A DNA stretch of 64,000 nucleotides from positions 25,916,001-25,980,000 of the forward strand of contig OX597829.1 of NCBI GenBank assembly GCA_951406725.2, written 5' to 3'. Below, one piece after another: positions 36,818-49,139 of the stretch (position 1 is its first letter; each line of letters starts with the position of its first letter). The notes under the pieces were generated by a model. The model saw only the letters and a list, made by a program, of their open reading frames with translations. It was not told the DNA's origin and ran no database searches. The position numbers were made by a program, and so were the translations under genes. This DNA is from Octopus vulgaris (lineage: Eukaryota).

Positions 36818-38049
36818 TTGGGTCATCCCATAAATAATGCGGTTTTTTTCAGTTGCCTGAATTAAAAGTCCAAGGGGGACAGGACAAACTACCTGCATCA
36901 ACTTGCTATAAAAACATGTAGTAATTTTACCTTGTCATTCTTAGCGCAAGTTCTGAAGAGTACAATTTAATTTTAACAGTTATTTTTTCAAAGCTATAAT
37001 GGAAGTGACAAAGGAGCATATTCGGCATATTTTGCTTTATGAGTTCAATAAAAGCAATGACGCAATGGGAAGTGCGAGGAATATTAATGCAGTATATGGG
37101 GATTTGGCAATAAACATAAGCCAGTGTCATTGGTGGTTCCAGAAAATCTGAGCTGGAAACTGCAGCCTAGAAGATGAGCCTTATCTTGAAGGATCTGTAG
37201 AGCTCAATGAGGACGTCCTGCAAACCCTGGTGGAAGAAAATCTCATCATAACTGTTGAAGACCTAACAGAGAAAATTAGATTTGGTCATTGAACCATTCA
37301 TCGACACCTGCGTGCCATCAGAAAAGTCAGCAAATTAGTTCATTGGATTCCTCACCAATTTTTCGAGTTTAATCACATGCAGAGAGTGAAAGTGTGCTTT
37401 TCTTTGCTGTCATGTCTCACAAATGAACCTTTTTTGGTGATGAGAATTGGATTCTCTATATAAAGGTCAGTGGGTAGGGAAAGGAGAAACACCAGTACCC
37501 CAGGCTAAAGAAGGTCTTCACCTACATAAGGTGTTGTTATCTGTTTGGTGGGATATGAAAGGTTTAGTCCCCTTTGAACGTTTAAACCCCAGCCAAATGA
37601 TAACAAAGGAGACCTACTTTGAACAACTTGAGTGGCTTAAGTCAGAGCTAGAAGAAAAACGACCATCTTTGGTTTCAAGATGAAAGGTGTTCTTTCATCA
37701 GGATAATGCTTGACCACATACAGCAAGGATGACATTCCAAAGACTGGAGTACTTTGAATGGGAAACGATGTCGCACCCACCATATTCACCAGATATTGCC
37801 CCATCTGCAGTCTTCAAAATCATTAGGACAGAAAAAATATGAATTCTGTAAACGAGGTACTGGAGAAGTATTTTTCATCATGGACAAGTGAATTTTGGAA
37901 GAGGGGGCCTTGTAAGTCTACCTGATAGATAGAAGAGCATTGTAGAAAATTAAGGAGAGTATATTTTAGAATAAAAAAGAAGTTTGTTTTTTCTTACTTT
38001 TGAAAAATTTGAAAAATTAAAGAACCATATTATTTATGGGATGACCCAA
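36818..38049 (+). mobile_element. Near full-length defective mariner (mellifera-like)
   Basis: TIRs TTGGGTCATCCCATAAATAATGCGGTT / AACCATATTATTTATGGGATGACCCAA; MEVTKEHIRHILLYEF, WIPHQF, KVLLSVWWD, FHQDNA and HPPYSPDIAPS, with stops and frameshifts. Confidence 0.92.
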
Positions 38050-38551
38050 TTTATATATCATCATCATCATCATCATCATCACTGTTATACATACATAGAT
38101 ACATGAAGGTACGGTGGTAAAACACTGCTCCTCTAAATGGAAACTTTACCTGTCATTGCGGTTTTGTGGTATAAAGCAAAGTAGGCCTTGCCATCCATCA
38201 AGAAAACACATAGCAAATGACTCACAAGCACTCAAGCAAACTGAGTCCTCACCTTGTTCCATTTGCCAAAAAGTTTGTTAAAGCACCAGCAAGAGACAAT
38301 TTGCATCCATAGAACATGAGTAACACTTTTAGTGTTACTTTATATAAGTATATGTATGTGTATAAATGTATGTACATCTACATGTGGACTGCATGTTCAT
38401 ATGCGTATATGTATATATGTGTATGTGGGTATATGCGTGTATGTATAGGGGTATGTCTGTATGTGTGTGTACCTGTATGGATGAATATGTAAGATTCATA
38501 CCATGTTGTGTAGTGTTTGGATATGTAGACATATAAGGTTAATATTGTATA

Positions 38552-38819
38552 AAGTAATCCCGCACCATATCACTGATCACCTATCATGGTTCACCTATCA
38601 CAGTTTACCAATCGTGGTTCACCTATTACAGTTTATTATTTAAGCTTATGTCGATTCCTCTGTGATGTTGCTTTGCATTTATAATAAAATAAATATATAC
38701 AAATTATAAAAATAATTTTTAAAAATTCAGTACAGTACTGTTTCTACTTCACAGATTTTCACCTATCATGGGGAGGTGGGGTTTGGAATGTAACACCCTC
38801 AATAGTTGAGGGATTACTG
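38552..38819. mobile_element. Tigger/pogo-type MITE
   Basis: TA|AAGTAATCCC...GGGATTACTG|TA. Confidence 0.65.
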
Positions 38820-38825
38820 TATATG

Positions 38826-38896
<71 letters not shown>

Positions 38897-39199
38897 ACTA
38901 TATGACAACTTTCATGCCATTCTTACCTCTTCTGTACTGGTTCTTACTCTGGATGCTGTCTGGGAGTGAGGAAATTGTACTTCATTGAATTGAATACAAG
39001 ATGTGCCAAGGTACGTATGTAGACATATAAGACTACTTCATGCTCTTCCTACCCCACTCTTACTGGCCCTTGATCTGGATGCTGTATGAGAATGAGGAAA
39101 TTATGCTTCATTGAATCAAATGCATGATGTACCAAGGTTCTACACTACCTAGCAAGTGTTTGCACAGATCTCCCTTTCAGACACAGACAAAAGGCCCTA

Positions 39200-42100
39200 G
39201 TACACATTTTTAGGGCTACAACCATCAACATTGGTATAATGAAGGAGAGACCTGGTGAGATTATTGAAATGATGGAGCATCACCAGATCAATGTGTGTGG
39301 TATGGGAATACTCTTAGCAGAAAATTGTATAGATAAGATAATTGAGGTTGTCAGAGTATATGATAGGGTTAAGCTGAGACTTATCATTGATAGATTAACG
39401 ATTACATTTATCTCTGCCTATGTTCCACAGGCTGGGCTAATAATCAGAAGGACCAATTCTATGAGGTCCTTTTGCAGACTACCTCAATGACAAATGACAG
39501 AGACTTCATTATTGTAGCTGGCAACTTTAATGGACATGTTGTGCAGCATTCCCATGGATTCCATGGTGTACGTGATAGTTATCTTTTAGGCCTAAGGAAA
39601 GAGGGGGGAACAAACTTACTGGAGTTCTGTGATGCAAATGATCTCATGATCTGCAACACTAACTTCAGAAAACCAGCCAGCTACCTGATCACTTATCAGT
39701 CTGGTGGAAACATAAGCCAGGTTGATTATATTCTCACCAGGCAATGAGATAGGTTGATGTTCACAAATACGAAGTCTTTCCCAGGGGAAAAGTGTACACC
39801 CAAACATAGGCTACTAGTTTGTGACTCCAGAGTTAGTGCTAGAGAGACTTAGAGAAATAAACCACACAAGAAAAGAAGATTATGTAAGCCCAAAGACATA
39901 GCAAACCAACAGAAATTTAGAGACATTCTACTGGAAGCCTCTGATGATAGATAGGACAAGGAGGAAGGGACATATAGCTTAAAGGACAACTGGAAGGTCT
40001 TGTAGGACAATTTCCTGGGAACCTCTGACCAAAACTATGGTTGGTTGGTTGGCGCAAAGTCCCAGCTAAGCTAAAGGTGACATGGTGGTGGAAGAAGGAG
40101 GTGGACAGTGCTATAAAAGCAAAGAGATGGGCCTGGAAAGACCGGAAAAATGGTGGAAACCGAGCTTTATATTAGGGAGCCAGAAGGGAAGCTAGGCCAC
40201 AGGTTTACATAGCAAAAGGAATAGCAGAATGTAAGAAGTTTACCAATGTTCTACAGCACAAGGATCAGAGGCAAAGCAGTGTATCAGAGATGTGGTAGGT
40301 GTGAAATGTGTGCAAATGGATAATGATATGCTTTCGCTTAGTGACTCACAGAAGAAAGATGCATGGTGATGCCATTATGAAAGGAGAATGATTGGGAGAA
40401 GGAGAGTCTATTAAATATTGAACCAATTGACAGACCACCCATCAGAGTTGATAGCAGTATAATAGATAAGGCAATTAGGAATATGAAAACTGGGAAAGCT
40501 CCTGGACCATCAGCTATCACTGCCAAGATGATTAAAATATCAGGTAGTGTGGGATACAGCCTAGTTACTCACATAGTTAATCAGGTTATTCAAGAAGGCA
40601 TAATTCCCAAAGACTGATGTAGTAGTATTATAGTTAGCTGCTACAAGGGTAAAAGTGATACCTTTGATAGAAACAACTACAGAGGTATCAAACTGCTGGA
40701 CCAGGTAATGAAAATTACAGAGCAGGTTATATCAACTGATTAGAGAAAGAATTAAACTAAATGAGATGCAGTTTGGTTTTGTTCCAGGGAGAAGTACCAG
40801 AGATGCCATCTTTCAAGTGCAGGAAAAGTATTTGGCCAAAAGTAAACCAATGTTGACCTGGAGAATGCTTTCAACAGAGTTCTCTGCTCTCTTATCTGGT
40901 GGTCTCTAAGAAAGCTAGGAGTAGAGGAGTGGCTTGTTAAAATCATTCAAGTCATGTACAGTGATGCTGTCAGTAAAGTGAGAGTTGGCTTCGAATACAG
41001 TGATGAATTTAGCATAGAATTTGGTGTTCACCAAGGATCAGTTCTTAGTCCACTTTTACTCATCATAGTTCTCCAAGCCATAACAAAAGAATTCAAAACT
41101 GGATGCCCATAGGAACTGCTATATGCTGATGACTCTGCTCTTATTGCAGAATCTGAAGCAGAATTGGAGAAGTTCTGGGCTTGGAAGCAAAACCTGGAAT
41201 TAAAGGGCCTTACAGTTAACTTGTTAGCAAGAAAGCAGATAAGACTCTTTTCATCAGGTGAATGGCCCTGTTCAATATGTTGGAAAGGAGTGAGAAGTAA
41301 TTCCATTTGCTCCACCAAGTGTAAGCAATAGACACATAAGAGATGCAGTGGAATTAACAGATAAGATTACTTTTGTGTGTGGTAGATGCACAGGAACAAT
41401 AAGCATTAACAGCCCAAGGGACTTAGACTCTATCAAATGCCCAGGAGGTTCTCTTGGAGTAGTAGATAGTTTCTGTTATCTAGGTGATCAAATTAGTAAT
41501 GGTAGTGAATGCTCTGAAAGTATTGCTTCTAGAATAAGAATAGGATGGAGGAAAATCAGAGAACTGCTACCTCTGATGGCAACAAAAGGACTTTCTATCA
41601 GAGAGGAAAGGTAGATTATATGATGCTTGTGTGAGAATGGCTATATTACATGGTAGTGGATATGGGCTCTAAATGTGGAGGACATGCATAGACTGGAGAC
41701 AGTGTGCATGACTGACAAAGTGCAACTGTGTTGAGAGAAAAGACAGGCATAAGAGGGATTACATGTGACATGCAGGAGAGGAGAATGTGTTAGTTTGGAC
41801 ATGTAATATGTATGAGTAAAGACAGCTGTATAAAGAAGTGCCAGTCACTAAAAGTAGATGTGGAAGAAGGAGACTTAGGAAGACATGGGATGAAATGGTG
41901 AGGTCTGATCTTAGAATGTTGGGGCTCATAGAGAAAATAACAATTCACCGAGATATTGGGCAATATGAGATTCTAGAGAATACCCACCCACGTCAGCAAA
42001 ACTGAGTGCTAGGAGCATTGTGTCCTACCCACATGTAACAATTTTTCACACACCCTACATCTCCTCTTCTAAACTGCGTCTTTCTTTTCCTCACATTTCG

Positions 42101-42968
42101 TCTTCATAAACAATAATTGTCTTTCAATCCCCTTCTATGCCCTCACTGCCCTGCTCACTGCATCACACCTTTCCCCTACTCCATTTTTCTACCCAGGTTT
42201 TTGCCAGTTACTGCAATCCCCACTTTCTACTTGTGCCTTCTAGGCAATACCTGACCACATATATTGTGACCTCCATGCCGCTCTCTCCCTTACTCAGCCA
42301 TTACATTTGTACTCTGGTCCGTGTTACTTGTGAGTAAACCCTGGCACTTCTTTTGCACTTTCGCTGTTTCCCACTCTCTTTTTTTTTCTCTTGTTTTTCA
42401 CTATGACTGGGTGGCCATGTATCTCCTTTACAACAGCACACCTGTTTCTTCCCTCATTCTTGATCACTTTCTCTCTCCTTCTCTTGCTTTTCCTTTGACT
42501 GGGTAACCAGGTATCTCCTTTACATCAACACACCTGCTTTTGTCTTCTTTCTTGTACTTCTCTCTCCCTAACTCTCTCTCTCCCTTTCATTCTCTCTTTC
42601 CCTCTCTCTTCCTCTCCCTCTCTCTTCCTCCCCTCTCTCTTTCTATCCTTCTCCCTCTCTTTCTCCACCTCCACTCTCCCTCTTGCTGGGTGGTCATGTG
42701 CCTCCACTGTAGCAGGACAATTGTATCTGCCTCTGTATTTCTCTGTCACACTCTAACCTTTCATCATCTGTCATTGGTTCACCACCTCCAATGCTCACTC
42801 CAATGCTCCAGTCCACACAGTAAAGTCGTTGGCACTTGAAACAGCATCCAGCCGTAAAATCCCTGCCAAAACAGATGCAGTAGCTTGGGGTAGTCTTCTA
42901 CCTGGCCAGCTCCTGTCAATGTCCTACCCATGCATGCATGGAAGACAGATGTTAAACGATGATGATGA
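39200..42968 (+). mobile_element. Near full-length, heavily decayed RTE LINE (APE endonuclease, RT, PHD, ~1 kb 3' UTR, (GAT)n tail)
   Basis: TINIG, ISAYVPQ, AGNFNGHV, QVDYIL, GVHQGSVLSPLL and LLYADD in order, with many stops. Confidence 0.9.
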
Positions 42969-43032
42969 TACATACATACATACATACATACATACATACA
43001 TACATACATACATACATACATACATACATACA

Positions 43033-43068
<36 letters not shown>

Positions 43069-43184
43069 TATATATATGGATACATATATATATATATATG
43101 GATACCGCTATCATGACAGTAACACTCGCTTGCAACTATTGCACAATATCAAGGAAAGGAGACAGTAGCACATACACACAAACA

Positions 43185-44000
43185 AGAGCATAGCTGCTAG
43201 AATAAGAATAGGCTGGGCAAAGTTCGGAGAGCTCCTACGTCTGTAGGTAACAAGGGACCTCTCCCTCAGAGTAAAAAGCAGACTATATGATGCCTGTGTG
43301 AAAACAGCCATGCTACATGGCAGTGAAACATGGGCTATGACTGCTGAGTACATGTGTAGGCTTGAAAGAAATGTGCAATGCCAGTGTGCATCTACAACAG
43401 AATATAAATATCTTGAGAGAAAAGTTGGGCATAAGAGGCATCAGAAGTGGTGTGCAAGAGAGATGACTGCACACCACATCTGGTCATGTGATGCATATGA
43501 ATGTGGACAGCTGTGTGAAGCAGTGCCAATCTCTACCAGTGGAAGGAAGCTGTGGAAGAAGGAGACCCAGGAAGACATGGGATGAAGTGGTGAAGCATGA
43601 TCTTCGAACATTAGGCCTCACAGAGTCAATGACTAATGACTGAGACCTTTGGTGATATGCCATGCTTGAGAAGACCTGTCAAACCAAGTGAAATCATAGT
43701 TCTAGCCGTTGTTGGTGTCATGTAACTGGCAGCCATGTTGGTGGCACGTAAGAAGCATCTTTTGAGTGTTGGGCTTCACAGAGGTAATGACAAATGACTG
43801 AGATGTTAGGTAATATGCTGTGCTTGAGAAGGTAAACCCATCAAACCAAGTGAAATTGTAGTTGTGGCAGATAATGATGTCATGCAACTAGCACCTGTGC
43901 AGGTGGCACATAAAAACACACATTACACTCTCAGAGTGGTTGGCATTAGGAAGGGCATCCAGCCACAGAAACCATGCCAGATCAGACTGGAGTCTGGTAC
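43185..44000 (+). mobile_element. RTE 3' fragment
   Basis: RIRIGWAKFGEL, TAMLHGSETWAMT and RPRKTWDEVVKHDLR; GGAAGGGCATCC. Confidence 0.85.
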
Positions 44001-45033
44001 AGGCTTCTTTCAATTTCCATCAATCAAATCCACTCATAAGGCTATAGTAGAAAACATTTGCCAAGGTGCCATACGATGAAACAGAAATTGAAACCATGTG
44101 GTTGGGAAGCAAGCTTCTTACCACACAGCCATGCACGTGTGTATATGTATGTGTGTGTGTGTGTGCGTGCGCGTACATGAGTGCACATGTGTGTGTGCGT
44201 GCGCGTACATGAGTGCACATGTGTGTGTGTATATATGAGTGTGCATGTGTATGTGTGTATGTGTGTGTGTGTGCACGTGTGTAAGTGTGTGTATATGTGT
44301 ATATGTGTATATGTAAGTGTGTGTATACCTATACATACATTTGCTGTGAAATTTGCCTTGGGTTAAAATTCAGGTTTAACAAGAGGTTAATGAGTTCAGA
44401 AAAAGAGACAATTTCAAGACTGTTGTTAGAAATGCTATGCTTGCCACATGTATTTTGAATTAAGCACAGACTTACATTAATATTCTGTAATCTACAAGTG
44501 GTGATGATTTGAGAAAAATCAATAAAATTATTTATATGTGATACGACACAGCTAAACATATTGTGAATATGTAAATATATTTCAATTTGTGATAGATGTT
44601 TTTGGTTAAAGCCAAACCAAGATTATTTTAGCTTATATAATTATTACAGATGAAGACAAATGCTTTATAGGTAAGTGATACTCTTTTGCAATTATTTTTG
44701 CAGCTGGATCCTATTCCTATCTCTAAATATACATTTCTGAAATGAGGTTAATCAGTATAGTTATTATATTATTATTATTATTATTATGATCATTTAGTGT
44801 CCACATTTTCATGATTGCATGGGTCAGATGTAATTTGTTAAGGCAGGTCTTCTATGGCTGAATACCCTTCCTTTTGCCAACCCTTACGTGTTTCCAAGGA
44901 AGGTAATATGTTTCCCATAGCTAGATGTATTTTTCACAGAGAACTGGAAACAAACAACCTTGCTTGTATGATGATGATGATGATGATGTTCATTTACAAC
45001 TATCACATGACGTCTAGACATGGGTAAACAGAA

Positions 45034-45064
<31 letters not shown>

Positions 45065-45477
45065 CACACACACATACACATACACACACACATACACACA
45101 CACACAAGCATCGCATCACACACACAGACACACACATGCATGCTTACATATATATAACATTCTGTATATCTTACTCAACATGGTTATACTGCAATAACGC
45201 CATAATATCACAATATTTATCTTGAGAAAAAAAATCACACATTGATGTATATGTGCTAAAAATCACAAAAGCAACTCTACTGTTGATACTTCTGTGCTTT
45301 TTAACACTATTAATTTTTATGAGATGCTTTCTCAAAATGAATATTGCTATGTTGTGGCTTTTTCAAAATATATCCACATTAAGTAAGCTATACAGAATGC
45401 TATTCTGCATTAATATTGCTTCCATTGCTAACACTGGATTTTCACTCAACTTGCCTTATATAAATATATATATATAT

Positions 45478-46025
45478 ATCATCATCATCATCATCGTTTA
45501 ATGTCCGCTTTCCATGCTAGCATGGGTTGGACGGTTTGACTGAGGGCTGGCGAACCAGATGGCTGCACCAAGCTCCAGTCTTGATCTGACAGTTTCTACA
45601 GCTGGATGCCCTTCCCAACACCAACCACTCCAAGAGTGTTGTGGGTGCTTTTACGTGCCACCGGCATGGGGGCCAGTCAGGTGGTACTGACAACGACCTC
45701 GCTCGAATCTTTTTACACATGCCAACAGTACAGGAGCCAGTAAGGCGATGCTGATAACGATCCCGCTTGAATGGTGCCTGCTACATGCCACCGGTATGGA
45801 AGCCAGTTAGCCGCTCTGGCAACGATCACGCTTGGATGGTGCTCTTAGCACCCTACTAGCACGGGGCACAAGTGCCAGTAAGGCGAAGCTGGTAATGATC
45901 ACACTCAAATGGTGCATTTTATGTGCCACTGGCACAGAAGCCGGTTAGCTGCTCTGTCAACGATCTCGCTCGTATGGTGCTCATGCCCGTCATCGAATTT
46001 CACTTTGATTTTGATTTTGATTTTG
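45478..46025 (-). mobile_element. RTE 3' UTR only, with tandem repeats and (GAT)n tail
   Basis: CCATGCTAGCATGG terminal palindrome, GGATGCCCTTCC and repeated GTGCCACCGGCA units. Confidence 0.85.
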
Positions 46026-46034
46026 ATATATATT

Positions 46035-46218
46035 GACTGCTAGCTACTAAAGCTTTCTTTTTTTATTCTCTCTGTTTATTTTCTCATGTTCCTTTCGGTT
46101 GAAGAGTGTAGGCTCGAAACATAAAAGACTTTCTCAGCTTCCCGAACATTAAACTAATACACCTGTTTGTTGTTTACACACCTGTCTTCATCTTTTGTTT
46201 TTTGTAAATTCCAACTAT
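46035..46218 (+). mobile_element. Penelope-type pseudo-LTR fragment with minimal hammerhead motif (copy 2)
   Basis: cttt-CGGTTGAA-GAGTgtagGCTC-GAAAC-ATA-aaag; homologous to 26525-26716. Confidence 0.55.
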
Positions 46219-46961
46219 ATATATATGGAAGTCATCCCCACCATCTAACACCAGCGTACTGGTGAACAAGCAAAACACACATTTTGAGTATGAGTGGTTG
46301 ATTAATGTTTACAACACTAGTGTTGCTTCTAATTCATAACATTTTGTCTATCCTCTCTGGTCTTGTCCTGTCTATTCCATTTTGGCCTCCTGTGGTATGC
46401 TTCACTAAAGAAGTCACAGAATGTGCGGCAAATGAACTCTGATACTAAAGCTAAAGTGAAGATCAAATAAATAATGCGTATGTTTACTTACTTACTTTAC
46501 TTTACTTTACTTTTACTTGTTTCAGTCATTTGACTGCGGCCATGCTGGAGCACCGCCTTTAATCGAGCAACTCGACCCCGGGACTTATTCTTTGTAAGCC
46601 CAGTCCTTATTCTATCGGTCTCTTTTTGCCGAACCGCTAAGTGACGGGGACGTAAACACACCAGCATCGGTTGTCAAGCGATGCTAGGGGGACAAACACA
46701 GACACACAAACACACACATATATATATATACATATATACGACAGGCTTCTTTCAGTTTCCGTCTACCAAATCCACTCACAAGGCATTGGTCAGCCCGGGG
46801 CTATAGCAGAAGACACTTGCCCAAGATGCCACGCAGTGGGACTGAACCCGGAACCATGTGGTTGGTTAAAACAAAAAGATCATCCACAAATTTAACAATA
46901 TCTGTTACAACAGATGATTTCACATCAAGAATCTTGCAAAACAAATAAATATATATATATT

Positions 46962-47266
46962 CATTGTTTGTTCCTTCTCGAGCTACGCCCGGCTCATAGG
47001 GCCGGTCTCCCGGTTTCCTTGGTGTATAGGTTCCCCACCTGGACAGGATGCCGGTCCATCGCAGATGAGCTGCAAGATGCAAGAGGAAAGAGTAAGAGAG
47101 AAAGTTGTGGTGAAATTGTCAGCAGAAGTTTGCCATTACCTTCTGGCAAAGCCGCGTGGAGCTTAGGTGTCTCGCTCATAAACACATACATCGCCTGGTC
47201 TGAGATTCAAACACGTGATCCCTCGACCGTGAGGTCCACTGCTCTAACCACTAGGCCATGTGCCTC

Positions 47267-47268
<2 letters not shown>
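46962..47268 (-). mobile_element. tRNA-derived SINE family C, tail variant 1
   Basis: Head GGAGGCACATGGCCTAGTGGTTAGAGCAG...GTTTGAATCTC; core shared with 60219-60602. Confidence 0.75.
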
Positions 47269-47300
<32 letters not shown>

Positions 47301-48449
47301 AAATGTCATTAGTATGTGAATTTTGAACCTGTAACTATGTAGGCCAGAGCTTGCTATTGTACTTCACCAATCCTATTTCATCAATAATTGCAAGTTTTAC
47401 AAATTAAATGAAACCAAAATTAACCTAAAAAGATAGGGTGATGCCAAAAGTCTTTGAGGCCCTCCTGGGTCAGTGAAGTCAAAGCAGTTGTTAAGTTATT
47501 CAGCATGACTCAATGGTTTTGATTTGCAGGTTGAATTCCATTCTGTAATATCATAGTTATATGTCTTTTACAATATCCTGGGGTTGGCTTTATCCTTGTG
47601 AGTGAAACGGAATAGAAGGAAACTGTGAAGAAGCCTGTTGGATTGACTGTAGCTGTAATTCAGAGATCTAACCTCATTCCCTGATCTAACCTCATTACTT
47701 GAGGATTACTTTCAGAACTTTGCTTGTTTCTTGGCAAAAAGGATTTGGATAAGCAGTGACTAGTGTTAGACATGGTAAGGATATCAAGGAGAAAAACAGA
47801 TCTAGGAGGCAAGATTTATAATATGTGATATTACAATCTATAGCTGTGAATTTCATGTAGTTTCTCAGGTTATCATTTTGTGGATTAACCCTTTAGCCAG
47901 GTGCAGTGCCAGAAATGTTTCAAAAGTAAGGCACAGGATCAGAAGGGAATACAATTCCAGGAAAAAAAGGCATGATAACATTATTTAAGAAGGCACGCTT
48001 CTTTGCTTGAGAGGGTACATGCCCCATCAGACCCTCCCTTGGGTCCACTCCTGTTTAGCATTCAGATTACTGTCGAATATAATGCTTATTTATTCACATT
48101 GTTTCGAATTAATCATCTATCATCTCATAGCTTTGGGATTTTGATAATGTGATTGTATATTTTCAGAATGACATGGTAAGGTATGTGTGAGAGGCCAGAT
48201 ATGGCCAGATTGAATGTGAAGGGATTAAGAATTAGCTTACAGACAACTCCACTGGAAAATCAGAATCCCTGCTGTGAACAGTTGATTTGATTTTGGCAGT
48301 TGTCAGTGAGTGGCTGGGAAAAATTTGCAGAGCTGTATGTATTTTTCTATTTCCTGATGTAGCACACAAAAGGAAGAGTTGTTTAATTATTGAGACAACG
48401 CTCCTGGCTATATTCCTGGAGACATCTAATTTGAATGGAAGATTAGAAC

Positions 48450-48800
48450 CGGTTATATTCAATATTTCAGTGATTGTTCCTGGAGATCCAGCTGCTTTCT
48501 CTGTTTTTATTATATTTAATTGTGCTTTCAATCATCAGTCATCAACATCAGTAGCTGGTCTCTTTGTTGTGTCTACATGGAATACATCTTCTCTTTGTCA
48601 TATATGTTCTATATTCAGGCAATCTCTCACAGTACCATATTCACACTGTTGTTTTTCTCAATGTCAGGGACACCCACCCCATCTTACCTCATGTACCCAG
48701 AACATATCTGCTTGCCCCTGCTCTGATATTTTTATAAACCCTCCAGACCTACCTTTCATCATGCCAATGTTGGTGGTGGCAGCTCTGAAGTTTTGTACCT
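48450..48800 (-). mobile_element. Very old RTE internal fragment
   Basis: IKTEKAAGSPGTITEILNI corresponds to MKTGKAPGPSGITAEMLKI in the young copies. Confidence 0.6.
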
Positions 48801-48854
48801 GACTGAAGTCTTACGTTCCTGTTGAGGATAAAATAAAAGTTTAATGGGAAATAA

Positions 48855-48976
48855 AATTGTAAACATGTCAGCATAATCCCAGAGAGGAAGGTTAGGAAGT
48901 ACTTTGTGCCATTTAATTCATCTGAGGACACTTAGGTGCAATACTGCAATATGAGAATTACTGCATATATGCAAGT
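48855..48976 (-). ncRNA. Candidate H/ACA snoRNA-like RNA (copy 1)
   Basis: Hairpin - AGATGA (ANANNA) - hairpin - ACA-att; diverged paralog at 56877-57012. Confidence 0.35.
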
Positions 48977-49139
48977 AAAAAAAAAATAATAAATAGCTTT
49001 TTTTAGCAAACACTAATACAAATACAATTAATTTTTTTCTAATAAAAATTAATTATTTGGTCATTAATACAAATATTTTTATATAGAAATAAACAAAATA
49101 TGAGATTTAGAGTGCTTTTAATAGAAAATTTTTACTATA

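Noticed and set aside
44704-44745. Second small exon after the microexon candidate
   Set aside because: tttgcagctggat.. matches a SINE/RTE tail fragment like 19065-19095.
48885-48900. CTAACC as a telomerase RNA template within the H/ACA-like element
   Set aside because: Reads CCTAACCTTCC, not CTAACCCTAA; the element is too short and duplicated.
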